DNA of 64,000 nt from Escherichia phage vB_EcoS-26175I. This document shows, piece by piece, positions 55,469-64,000 of this stretch (positions are counted from its first letter, which is position 1; every line of letters begins with the position of its first letter). The notes below the pieces were generated by a model. It did no database searches. It had not been told where the DNA came from and worked only from the letters and a program-made list of their open reading frames with translations. The DNA lies in the sequence record NC_133255.1, one strand, 5' to 3'. The position numbers and the translations under genes were made by a program.

Positions 55469-56817
55469 AGGTTGTTATATCTAATAAAGCCTATTTCAAG
55501 CCCGATGATGAACTCTGGGATTACTGTAGTAAGCAAACCACTTATCACATCGAGACAATGACTAGTAAATACCCTATTATGTATAAGAATAGTGGTGTTG
55601 TTGCTAAAGAGATTAAGTGGATTCCCATTACGCGTCTGGATTTGCTAGATGCTAAGGGAGTAAAATACGAATTAGTTGATAAACGCACGTTAGCTCCGGT
55701 AAAAATACCAGAACCTCAGTTCAAGCTGCGTGAAGAAGATCAACTCCCTATATATGAAGAGTGTGATGATACTTGTATTATCAATGGTAAGCCCGGATTT
55801 GGTAAAACTATCCTAGCTTTAGCTCTTGCATATAAGTTTGGCCAGAAAACTCTGGTAATCTGCACCAACACATCCATACGGGAAATGTGGGCTGCAGAAG
55901 TTCGTAAATGGTTTGGATTCGAGCCTGGTATTATAGGTTCTGGAAAGTATAATATTGATCCACCAATCGTGGTCAGTAATATACAAACAGTGAACAAACA
56001 TGCGAATAATCTTTCTAAGGTGTTCGGTACTGTTATAGTTGATGAAGTTCACCACTGTGTGGCTACAACTTTCACTAATTTCTTAGAGATCTCGTGTGCT
56101 CGCTACAAGATTGGTTTATCGGGTACGTTAAAACGTAAAGATGGCCTACAAGTTATGTTCAAAGATTTCTTTGGATATAAGATCTTTAGTCCGCCTGTCA
56201 ATAACACTGTTCCACCCACAATCCATAGGTACTCCGTACCTGTCGAGTTATCAGGAAACCAGAACGTACCGTGGGCACTACGTGCTAATGATGTATATAA
56301 TCATCCTGAATATCGGGAAACTATTATAAACCTAGCACATTTATATGTGTCTATGGGGCATAAGGTTCTCTTTGTAAGTGATAGGACGGAACTAATCCAA
56401 ACAATATTAGAAGCTCTCGCACAACGTGGTGTTACAACCTATGAGATTATAGGTGCAACTCCTTTGGATGATCGATTGAGAATCCAGAAAGATGTAGCAG
56501 AGGGCGGTCCATGTGTACTTGCAGCAGCTCAGAGTATCTTCTCAGAAGGTATTTCTCTTAACGAGCTGTCTTGTTTAATAATGGGAAGTCTCATTAATAA
56601 TGAATCTCTCATAGAACAGCTAGCAGGTCGCGTTCAACGTATTGTTGACGGAAAACTAGATCCGATTGTTGTAGATTTAATTATGAAAGGAGGTACTGGT
56701 TTAAGACAGGCTTCTGGACGTATGGCTGTATATCGCAATAATGCATGGAAAACTATTACTATGACTCCGGAGAAAGCAGTACAATTAGCTAAAATTGCAT
56801 TTGGCAACTGCTCATAA
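55465..56817 (+). CDS. SF2 DNA helicase
   Basis: Walker A GKPGFGKT, Walker B/DEAH-like VDEVHH. Confidence 0.7.
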   Translation: MKVVISNKAYFKPDDELWDYCSKQTTYHIETMTSKYPIMYKNSGVVAKEIKWIPITRLDLLDAKGVKYELVDKRTLAPVKIPEPQFKLREEDQLPIYEECDDTCIINGKPGFGKTILALALAYKFGQKTLVICTNTSIREMWAAEVRKWFGFEPGIIGSGKYNIDPPIVVSNIQTVNKHANNLSKVFGTVIVDEVHHCVATTFTNFLEISCARYKIGLSGTLKRKDGLQVMFKDFFGYKIFSPPVNNTVPPTIHRYSVPVELSGNQNVPWALRANDVYNHPEYRETIINLAHLYVSMGHKVLFVSDRTELIQTILEALAQRGVTTYEIIGATPLDDRLRIQKDVAEGGPCVLAAAQSIFSEGISLNELSCLIMGSLINNESLIEQLAGRVQRIVDGKLDPIVVDLIMKGGTGLRQASGRMAVYRNNAWKTITMTPEKAVQLAKIAFGNCS

Positions 56818-56829
56818 TTATTGTATAAT
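56801..56829 (+). promoter_or_regulatory. sigma70 promoter (first of a tandem pair)
   Basis: ttggca 56801-56806, tgtataat ending 56829. Confidence 0.5.
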
Positions 56830-56900
56830 ATACACATAAATTTGAGAGAGAAAGTTTCGGATTGATAAGAAAGTCCGAAGCAGAAAAATAAAAATTGTAC

Positions 56901-56930
56901 TTGTCAAATCCTCCCGATTTAATGTATAAT
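56901..56930 (+). promoter_or_regulatory. sigma70 promoter (second of a tandem pair)
   Basis: ttgtca 56901-56906, tataat 56925-56930. Confidence 0.5.
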
Positions 56931-56957
56931 ATATACATAAATTGATGAGAGACAAAA

Positions 56958-57320
56958 ATGAAATTCTTTGATTACGAGAGAATTTACCTCTTAGCTAGAG
57001 GAAACTCCGACCTGATTGTCAAGCTATTTAATAGAATGCTTGCAGAGCCTGATGCTCACCAACTACTGGTCGGTTCTTCATTCATCTTGAATGAATCAAC
57101 TATTGTTGATAACCCTTACAAATTGTCTAATAGACAACTGGCAGAATATCTAGGAATTCTAAGTCTACGAAATTATGCCGAATATAAGTTTACAAACGAT
57201 CCGAGTTTGGACATGCAATATGTTCCCGTATGGATACCACGTTCTGTAATCGACACTAACCCACTAATTGCAATCAATAAATCGAAGATAATCTTTAAAG
57301 AGGAAATAAAATATGTCTAA
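56958..57320 (+). CDS. hypothetical protein
   Basis: 120 aa; tandem promoters 56801-56829 and 56901-56930 upstream. Confidence 0.35.
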   Translation: MKFFDYERIYLLARGNSDLIVKLFNRMLAEPDAHQLLVGSSFILNESTIVDNPYKLSNRQLAEYLGILSLRNYAEYKFTNDPSLDMQYVPVWIPRSVIDTNPLIAINKSKIIFKEEIKYV

Positions 57321-58086
57321 GTCTTGGGGCGAAACTACTGGCGGTTCTAACGATAAAATCGACTTCCTGAAATTCAACAACGGTGTAACTCGTGTTCGTA
57401 TCGTTTCTGGTGTTCTTCCACGTTATGTATACTGGCTGACTAACAAAGATGGTAATGCAGCTCCGTTTGAGTGCCTGCGTTTCAACCGTACTAAAGAGAG
57501 CTTCGTTCGCGGTAAAGCTGACCCGATTCACGAAATGGGCTTCTTTGAAAAAGAGCTGGATAAAGATGGTAATCGTGTTCCGCTGAAACCGAAGAAAAAT
57601 TACATAGCTTTCGTTATCGACCGTTCCGATAACAAACTGAAAGTTATGGAAGTTAAAGCTACTATCCTGAAAGGCATCCAGTCTATCATGAAGCAGCTTG
57701 AACTGGCAGATCCATTCGATATCGATATTTCTATCGAGAAGAAAGGTAAAGGCTTCGATACTGAGTACGATGTACAGCAGATCGCAGCAATGCAGTTCCA
57801 GATGAAACTGAAAGATCCTACCAGTGCTGAGTCTAAACTGCACGCCGCAGATGCCGATATTCTCGGTGAAGCTATGTGTGATGATACTGGTGAGTTCATC
57901 AAGTTTGAAAAAGTTCCTTCTCTGGAAGAAACCTACCCGGTTCCGTCCTACGAAGAGCAGAAAGAAGCTATTCTCGCCTTCATGGAAGGTCGTGAGAAGC
58001 AAGACGGCGGTGATGCTAAGTCTGGTGGAGATGCTGGTTCTCAGAAAGGCATCGACGCTGAAGCTGCTAGCGATCTGGACGACTAA
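57313..58086 (+). CDS. single-stranded DNA-binding protein-like (acidic C-terminal tail)
   Basis: 257 aa, acidic tail ...DAEAASDLDD; terminator 58094-58120. Confidence 0.45.
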   Translation: MSKSWGETTGGSNDKIDFLKFNNGVTRVRIVSGVLPRYVYWLTNKDGNAAPFECLRFNRTKESFVRGKADPIHEMGFFEKELDKDGNRVPLKPKKNYIAFVIDRSDNKLKVMEVKATILKGIQSIMKQLELADPFDIDISIEKKGKGFDTEYDVQQIAAMQFQMKLKDPTSAESKLHAADADILGEAMCDDTGEFIKFEKVPSLEETYPVPSYEEQKEAILAFMEGREKQDGGDAKSGGDAGSQKGIDAEAASDLDD

Positions 58087-58093
58087 TAAACCA

Positions 58094-58120
58094 AGGGGAG
58101 CTACGGCTCCCTTTCTTTTT
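58094..58120 (+). terminator. rho-independent terminator
   Basis: gggagc-tacg-gctccc followed by tttcttttt. Confidence 0.6.
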
Positions 58121-58125
58121 AACTT

Positions 58126-59103
58126 ATGAGAATACTATTTAGTGCTGATCATCATATCAAATTAGGACAAGATAAAGTTCCAAAGGAATGGCAAAAGCGT
58201 CGCTTCCTGATGCTAGGAGAACGGTTAAATGACATATTCCATAATCATAACTGTGATCTGCATATTGCTGGTGGTGATATTCTTGATGTTGCCGACCCAT
58301 CGTCGGAAGAAATAGAACTTCTTGAACAGTTCATGTCAAGACTTGACCATCCAGGCAAGATCTTCACTGGTAACCATGAAATGTTAACTAAAACTATTTC
58401 ATGTCTATATCATTATGCAGGAGTTATTAATAAAGTAACAAACGGAAATTGGGAAGTCATTACTAAACCATATCGTTCTCCTGAATTTGATATTATCCCT
58501 TATGATGAAATCCACAAACCAAAGTGGAAACCATCTGAATCAAAATTATGTTTCACGCATGTTCGTGGTGAAATCCCCCCACATGTAAAACCAGAGATTG
58601 ATCTAACTAGGTATAACTGTTATGACACTGTAGTTGCTGGCGATTTACATTCTTATACTAATAGTCAAACTGTTGGTTCTACTAGACTTCTTTATCCAGG
58701 ATCTCCATTAACTACATCGTTCCACAGAGAACGCACAAAAGGTACAAATGGTTGTTTTATCATTGATACCGACACATTAAAAGTAGAGTGGATTGAACTT
58801 GGTGACTTACCACAACTGATTCGTAAAACAATCGGAGTTGGTGAGGAAATGGAGCCTAGTGACTATGACCGTGTAATTTATGAAGTCACTGGTGACGTCG
58901 TTCAGTTAAAGTCTATTAAAGATTCCGATCTCTTAGATAAAAAGATTAACCATCGAGTTACTAAAGATGCTAAGCTAAATCTTGTTGATCTTGATATGTT
59001 AGGCGAGCTTGAGCTTTACTTCCGTGAAGTTGAAAAGCTGTCTCAAGGCGACATTGATAGAATCTTGGCTAGAGCTGCTAAATATGTCAAAGATTATAAT
59101 TAA
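58126..59103 (+). CDS. sbcD: SbcD/Mre11-like nuclease
   Basis: phosphoesterase motif MRILFSADHH...GGDILD...GNHE. Confidence 0.75.
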   Translation: MRILFSADHHIKLGQDKVPKEWQKRRFLMLGERLNDIFHNHNCDLHIAGGDILDVADPSSEEIELLEQFMSRLDHPGKIFTGNHEMLTKTISCLYHYAGVINKVTNGNWEVITKPYRSPEFDIIPYDEIHKPKWKPSESKLCFTHVRGEIPPHVKPEIDLTRYNCYDTVVAGDLHSYTNSQTVGSTRLLYPGSPLTTSFHRERTKGTNGCFIIDTDTLKVEWIELGDLPQLIRKTIGVGEEMEPSDYDRVIYEVTGDVVQLKSIKDSDLLDKKINHRVTKDAKLNLVDLDMLGELELYFREVEKLSQGDIDRILARAAKYVKDYN

Positions 59104-60922
59104 GACACTAAAATTCAGCAACGTTATGTCTTACGGTAAGGATATCGTAATTCATTTCGATAAGAATCCAGTTACTCAGTTAATCGGAGGAAACGGTCTA
59201 GGGAAGTCCACTATTGCTACTGTTATTGAGGAATTGTTTTATAACAAGAACTCACGTGGTATCAAGAAAGACGCCTTATTCTCTTGGGGTTCTCCGAAGA
59301 AAGAGTACGATATGCACGCTTACTTCTCGAAAGATGAAGATGAGTATGAGTTGCATAAAGTAGTTAAATCAACTGCTAAGGTTACACTGATTAAGAATGG
59401 AGAAGATATCAGTGGACACACAGCAACCCAAACATATAAGATGATTGAAGAGATTATGGGTGGTGACTTCCAAACATTCACTAAACTGATCTATCAATCT
59501 GTAGGTTCCAATCTAGACTTCCTCAAAGCAACTGATGCGACACGTAAAGCTTTTCTTGTTAATCTGTTTAATCAGGAACAGTATAAAGAGATGTCAGAAA
59601 CTATTAAGGCCGATCGTAAAGAAGTGGCAAGTACATTAAGTAACTTGCAAGGCCAGATGGCCGTAATTACGAAAATTCTTAATGGAAAGAATAACTTGGG
59701 AACCTTACAAGAACCAGTCGAAGTTCCAGAGTTTAATGAAGAACCGTTATCACAAGAACTTACTGAATCGAAAATTAAGGCGGCATTAGCCAAGTCACAA
59801 GAGGCTAATATTACTAAACTCCGTAATTTGGACAAAGCTGTACAAGTTGCCGAACAATCTTTCGAGCCTTTCAAAAATTTCCCTGCGCCCACTGACCAAT
59901 CTGAAGAGATCTCAAGTGTTACGCGTGACCTAACGATTGTTACCTCACGTGCGGGAGAAGTCAAGAAACGTTATCAGAAGTTCAAGCAAGAGGCTTCAAA
60001 TACTGAATGTCCTACTTGTGGTACTCACCTTGATACAACTGCTGCTCAAAAAGCAATGGATATGGCTAGAACAGAGTATGATCCTCTGTTTAAAGAGAAA
60101 CAATCTCTTGAAGATACACTAGAGCAGTTGAAGAAAGAACAAGTCGAGTACACTGCGTATACTAGAGCTAAAGATGCTTTAGATAAGGCAGTAGCAGCTA
60201 GAGACGAGTTCAAAAATTCAATGAGTGATGCTTCTTTCGAAGAACTCAATGTGCAAATCCTACAGGTGCAAATCCGACAATTAGAACAGGAAATCGCTGA
60301 TGGACGTTCTAAAGTTGCAATTGCCAAAGAGCATAATGCAAATGTCGAGTTAGCCAATGCAAAATATAAAGCGAAACTAGAACAGATTGAGAAAGCTGAG
60401 GCAGAAATGTCTGAGATAACATCCAAACTGGATGGAGTATCAGAAGCTGTTGCTGATCTTGATATTCTGATCGCTGCATTGAAAAATCTGGTAGGATATA
60501 AACTAGAGCATAGTGTGAAAGTATTTGAGGAATTGATTAATAAATATCTTTCTATTATGACTGGTGGTAAGTTCGCACTTGGATTTGAGCTTGATGAAAC
60601 TAAATTACAAGTAGTAATCTTCAATGATGGAAACCGTACCAGTATGGAGAACTGCTCTACTGGTCAGCAAAGTAGAATTAACCTAGCAACTCTGTTAGCA
60701 ATTCGAATGCTGTTAACATCTATTAGTAAAGTTAATATTAATCTTCTGTTCCTTGACGAAGTTATTAGCTTTATTGATACGAAAGGACTTGATACTCTCG
60801 TTGAATTATTAAATGAAGAGGATAGTCTGAATTCTATCATTGTTTCTCATGGGCACTCTCACCCGCTGGCCCATAAGATTACAGTTAAAAAAGATGCAGA
60901 AGGATTCTCTTATTTAGAATGA
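59084..60922 (+). CDS. sbcC: SbcC/Rad50-like ATPase
   Basis: Walker A GGNGLGKST, long coiled-coil middle, C-terminal signature/Walker B LLFLDEVISFID. Confidence 0.75.
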   Translation: MSKIIIKTLKFSNVMSYGKDIVIHFDKNPVTQLIGGNGLGKSTIATVIEELFYNKNSRGIKKDALFSWGSPKKEYDMHAYFSKDEDEYELHKVVKSTAKVTLIKNGEDISGHTATQTYKMIEEIMGGDFQTFTKLIYQSVGSNLDFLKATDATRKAFLVNLFNQEQYKEMSETIKADRKEVASTLSNLQGQMAVITKILNGKNNLGTLQEPVEVPEFNEEPLSQELTESKIKAALAKSQEANITKLRNLDKAVQVAEQSFEPFKNFPAPTDQSEEISSVTRDLTIVTSRAGEVKKRYQKFKQEASNTECPTCGTHLDTTAAQKAMDMARTEYDPLFKEKQSLEDTLEQLKKEQVEYTAYTRAKDALDKAVAARDEFKNSMSDASFEELNVQILQVQIRQLEQEIADGRSKVAIAKEHNANVELANAKYKAKLEQIEKAEAEMSEITSKLDGVSEAVADLDILIAALKNLVGYKLEHSVKVFEELINKYLSIMTGGKFALGFELDETKLQVVIFNDGNRTSMENCSTGQQSRINLATLLAIRMLLTSISKVNINLLFLDEVISFIDTKGLDTLVELLNEEDSLNSIIVSHGHSHPLAHKITVKKDAEGFSYLE

Positions 60923-61428
60923 AAAAGCAAGATATAACTGTAGAGTTCCTACAGGATAGGTATGAAATTAGAGACGGTACTCTATTTCATAGAAAATCAG
61001 TAGGATCAGCTAAGAAAGGATCTAGAGTCGGATCCCTGTCTAAAGATGGGTATTATAGAACAAGTATTAAAGGGACAGAATACAGAGTATACGATTTAAT
61101 TTACTTTATGGCCAACGGTACCTGGGCAGACTCAGTGGATCATAAAGATAGAAATAGGCAAAATGATATTCCAGATAACTTACGTAATGCTTCTAAGTCT
61201 CAGCAAGCTCAAAATAGATCTTCTAGGTCTAAGGCTACTAAGTATAAAGGTTTAGATTTCCCTAACGGTAGAGATGGTAAACCCAGGGCTAGAATTAAGA
61301 ACCCTAATACTGGTATTAGAGAAAACTTAGGATCTTTTAATACTCTAGAGGAGGCTGCCAAAGCATATGATATTAAAGCAAAAGAATACTTCGGAGATTT
61401 CGCAGTATTAAATTTCCCAGAGGAATAA
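60919..61428 (+). CDS. free-standing HNH homing endonuclease
   Basis: VDHKDRNRQNDIPDNLR HNH motif plus AP2-like GLDFPNGRDGKPRARI. Confidence 0.55.
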   Translation: MKKQDITVEFLQDRYEIRDGTLFHRKSVGSAKKGSRVGSLSKDGYYRTSIKGTEYRVYDLIYFMANGTWADSVDHKDRNRQNDIPDNLRNASKSQQAQNRSSRSKATKYKGLDFPNGRDGKPRARIKNPNTGIRENLGSFNTLEEAAKAYDIKAKEYFGDFAVLNFPEE

Positions 61429-61910
61429 TGGCCGTAGATAGTAGAGAGAAAGGTAAACGTGGTGAATATCAGGTAAGAGATATACTGCGTGAACGTACAG
61501 GTCTTGAGTGGGAACGTGTTCCAGGCTCTGGTGCTTTTGGCCAGAGCCATGGACTGAAGGGCGACATCTACCTTCCACCACAAAGCGGACGCATTAGTAA
61601 ATACTGCTTCGAAGTTAAGTGGTATAAAGATGATAATATATCAAGTAATTTATTTAACGTTGGTGAATCCACTCTAGAGAAGTGGTGGCAGCAGTGTTCC
61701 CGTGAAGGTGAACAGATGAACTCCAAACCAGCCTTAATATTCAAGAAAGACAGAGGACAGTGGTTAATTGCTTTGGATAGCTCAGACCCGATGGTTGACA
61801 ACTTAATGAGTCGTACCCATATGGTATTAAATAAGAAAGACATAGAAATCGTAATCGGGTTATTCGAACCGTGGTTACATCACGCATCTGTTGAGGACTT
61901 AATTAAATAA
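61428..61910 (+). CDS. PD-(D/E)xK nuclease, Hjc-like Holliday junction resolvase candidate
   Basis: GKRGEYQVRDIL...GSGAFG...GDIY...FEVKW pattern. Confidence 0.45.
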   Translation: MAVDSREKGKRGEYQVRDILRERTGLEWERVPGSGAFGQSHGLKGDIYLPPQSGRISKYCFEVKWYKDDNISSNLFNVGESTLEKWWQQCSREGEQMNSKPALIFKKDRGQWLIALDSSDPMVDNLMSRTHMVLNKKDIEIVIGLFEPWLHHASVEDLIK

Positions 61911-62785
61911 TGAGTAAATCCTGGGGAAAATTTATTGAAGAGGAAGAAGCTGAGCTGGCTTCTCGTCGCAACCTAATGATTGTTGATGGAACTAACTTGG
62001 GCTTCCGCTTCAAACATAATAATAGTAAGAAACCATTCGCTTCAAGTTATGTTTCCACTATTCAGTCTCTAGCAAAATCTTATTCTGCTAGAACTACAAT
62101 AGTTTTAGGAGATAAAGGGAAGTCTGCATTCCGTTTGGAGCATCTTCCTGACTATAAGGGCAACCGTGACGAAAAATATGCTCAACGCACAGAAGAAGAG
62201 AAAGCACTAGACGAACAGTTCTTTGAGTATCTTCGTGATGCTTTCGAGTTGTGTGAAACCACATTCCCAACCTTCACTATTCGTGGTGTAGAAGCAGATG
62301 ATATGGCAGCTTATATTGTTAAGCTCATTGGTCACTTATATGATCACGTTTGGCTAATCTCTACTGATGGTGACTGGGATACTCTATTAACTGATCGAGT
62401 TTCTCGGTTCTCCTTTACCACACGTCGTGAATATCACCTCCGTGATATGTATGAGCATCACAACGTTGATGATGTGGACCAGTTTATCTCTCTGAAAGCA
62501 ATTATGGGAGATCTAGGCGATAACATCCGTGGTGTTGAAGGAATTGGTGCGAAACGTGGTTATAATATTATCCGTGAATTTGGTAATGTTCTGGATATTA
62601 TTGATCAACTCCCTCTGCCTGGGAAACAGAAATATATACAGAATCTGAACGCATCGGAGGAGTTGCTTTTTCGAAATCTGATTCTGGTTGATTTACCGAC
62701 CTATTGTATAGATGCTATTGCTGCTGTGGGTCAAGACGTACTAGATAAGTTTACGAAAGATATTTTGGAGATCGCAGGACAATGA
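61910..62785 (+). CDS. flap endonuclease / 5'-3' exonuclease
   Basis: 291 aa; N-terminal MIVDGTNLGFRF and acidic metal-binding clusters of the FEN/5' nuclease family. Confidence 0.85.
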   Translation: MSKSWGKFIEEEEAELASRRNLMIVDGTNLGFRFKHNNSKKPFASSYVSTIQSLAKSYSARTTIVLGDKGKSAFRLEHLPDYKGNRDEKYAQRTEEEKALDEQFFEYLRDAFELCETTFPTFTIRGVEADDMAAYIVKLIGHLYDHVWLISTDGDWDTLLTDRVSRFSFTTRREYHLRDMYEHHNVDDVDQFISLKAIMGDLGDNIRGVEGIGAKRGYNIIREFGNVLDIIDQLPLPGKQKYIQNLNASEELLFRNLILVDLPTYCIDAIAAVGQDVLDKFTKDILEIAGQ

Positions 62786-63228
62786 TTAAAATTAAACTAA
62801 CTCATCCAGATTGCATGCCAAAGATTGGTTCTAATGATGCCGCAGGTATGGATCTGCGTGCATTCTTTGGTACTAACCTTGCAGCAGATTTACGTGCTAT
62901 TGCACCAGGCAAATCCCTTATGATTGACACCGGTGTCGCGGTGGAAATTCCGCGAGGTTGGTTTGGTTTGGTAGTTCCTCGCAGCTCTTTAGGTAAGCGT
63001 AAACTGATGATCGCAAATACCGTAGGAGTGATCGACTCAGACTACCGTGGTACTATTAAGATGAACCTGTTTAACTACGGTTCTGAGATGCAAACTCTGG
63101 AGAATTTCGAGAGACTTTGTCAGCTAGTGGTACTACCACACTACTCAACCCATCATTTTGAAATCGTTGACGAACTAGAGGAGACTGATCGTGGAGAAGG
63201 CGGCTTTGGAAGCTCAGGAAGTAAGTAA
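62782..63228 (+). CDS. dut: dUTP pyrophosphatase
   Basis: 148 aa; dUTPase motifs AAGMDLRA, GLVVPRSSLG, GVIDSDYRG. Confidence 0.85.
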   Translation: MIKIKLTHPDCMPKIGSNDAAGMDLRAFFGTNLAADLRAIAPGKSLMIDTGVAVEIPRGWFGLVVPRSSLGKRKLMIANTVGVIDSDYRGTIKMNLFNYGSEMQTLENFERLCQLVVLPHYSTHHFEIVDELEETDRGEGGFGSSGSK

Positions 63229-63457
63229 TTTTGCTGACCCTAATATGGTAGGAGTAGACGTAGATCAATCTAACTTTTACAAGATTGATGTTAAATACGT
63301 AGAACCTGAGAAAATAGTACTGAGAGTTGATGTATCTGGTGTAGTAGAACAGTGGGATGAGGAAGGATTTATAGCACTTTGTAGTGAATCCCAAGATCCC
63401 ATGCTTAAAGCTATGTTAGCAGTATATAACTTAGGTATTATTGCAGGTAGTAGATAA
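63191..63457 (+). CDS. hypothetical protein
   Basis: 88 aa ORF overlapping dut end. Confidence 0.3.
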   Translation: MEKAALEAQEVSNFADPNMVGVDVDQSNFYKIDVKYVEPEKIVLRVDVSGVVEQWDEEGFIALCSESQDPMLKAMLAVYNLGIIAGSR

Positions 63458-63461
63458 TAAT

Positions 63462-63496
63462 AAACCCCAGTGGATTATCCACTGGGGTTTTCTTTT
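63462..63496. terminator. bidirectional terminator between converging plus-strand early and minus-strand tail-fibre transcripts
   Basis: ccccagtgg-attat-ccactgggg flanked by A-run upstream and ttttctttt downstream. Confidence 0.6.
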
Positions 63497-64000
63497 ACTT
63501 AGAACTTCTTAGTGCATTAAGTTCTCTCTGCATATATTCTAACTGTTCCTTATAGTCCACTATTTGTTTTTGTAGTTCCTGTACAACTGTGATAATATCA
63601 GCCATAACAGCCTTATCATTTACGTTTAGAATCTCAAATTCTTTTCCATTATCATCTACAGACTGACCTCCACTAAAAACATAAATAGGGTCAATAGCTT
63701 CCATCTGCTGTGCTAAATACCCACGCTGGGGAACTACATTTCCTTTATATGTGAATTCTACGATCCCTATTTGTTCAATTCGTTCCCACGCACCCGATTT
63801 CGGCAATTTAAAATTGTCTTTGATACGAACATCAGAACCTTGAATAGCAACTTGCCCTAAAGGAGTATGCATTGTGCTGTCCGCTCGCATAGAATACCAG
63901 AGATTTATATTATCAGATCTTGTTAATTGCCATGTATATTGTGCAACTCCATCTACGGTATAAATGTAGTTGGCTACCGTACAGTCAGAGTTTTCAAGAT
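63495..64000 (-). CDS. tail fibre protein, C-terminal intramolecular chaperone-like domain; gene continues past window end
   Basis: minus-strand frame open to window end; C-terminus has coiled-coil tail (QELQKQIVDYKEQLEYMQRELNAL) typical of self-cleaving fibre chaperone domains. Confidence 0.45.
   Translation of the reverse strand, partial: LENSDCTVANYIYTVDGVAQYTWQLTRSDNINLWYSMRADSTMHTPLGQVAIQGSDVRIKDNFKLPKSGAWERIEQIGIVEFTYKGNVVPQRGYLAQQMEAIDPIYVFSGGQSVDDNGKEFEILNVNDKAVMADIITVVQELQKQIVDYKEQLEYMQRELNALRSSK

Overview
This window reads as the early/replication region of a T5-like siphovirus (Tequintavirus-type), identified from sequence features alone; no database search was run. Positions 1-35660 are almost entirely minus-strand genes: a dense tRNA array (about 30 tRNAs covering all 20 amino acids) interleaved with small ORFs and free-standing HNH endonucleases, then a pnuC-nadR NAD salvage pair, SPFH, SleB-like hydrolase, DexA-like exonuclease, RNase H, thyA, DHFR, nrdB, HNH, nrdA and phoH. 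A divergent promoter region at 35661-36003 switches to plus-strand genes: nrdD, a Sir2-like protein, HAD phosphatase, a large helicase-like protein, a two-gene NAD-dependent ligase, DnaB-like helicase, primase, an 855-aa family A DNA polymerase, SF2 helicase, SSB-like protein, SbcCD, Hjc-like resolvase, flap endonuclease and dUTPase. The window ends in the 3' part of a minus-strand tail-fibre gene. More than 25 copies of a TTGCTT-17-TATAAT promoter family and several hairpin terminators punctuate the region. The most interesting candidates are a ~1 kb ORF-poor region (20953-21958) with an embedded tRNA-like T-arm, the pnuC-nadR plus Sir2-like NAD-related gene set, tRNAs with non-canonical anticodon loops, and two atypical 120-130 nt tRNA-like elements. 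tRNA isotypes were parsed by hand and CDS functions are motif-based, so both need tool confirmation.
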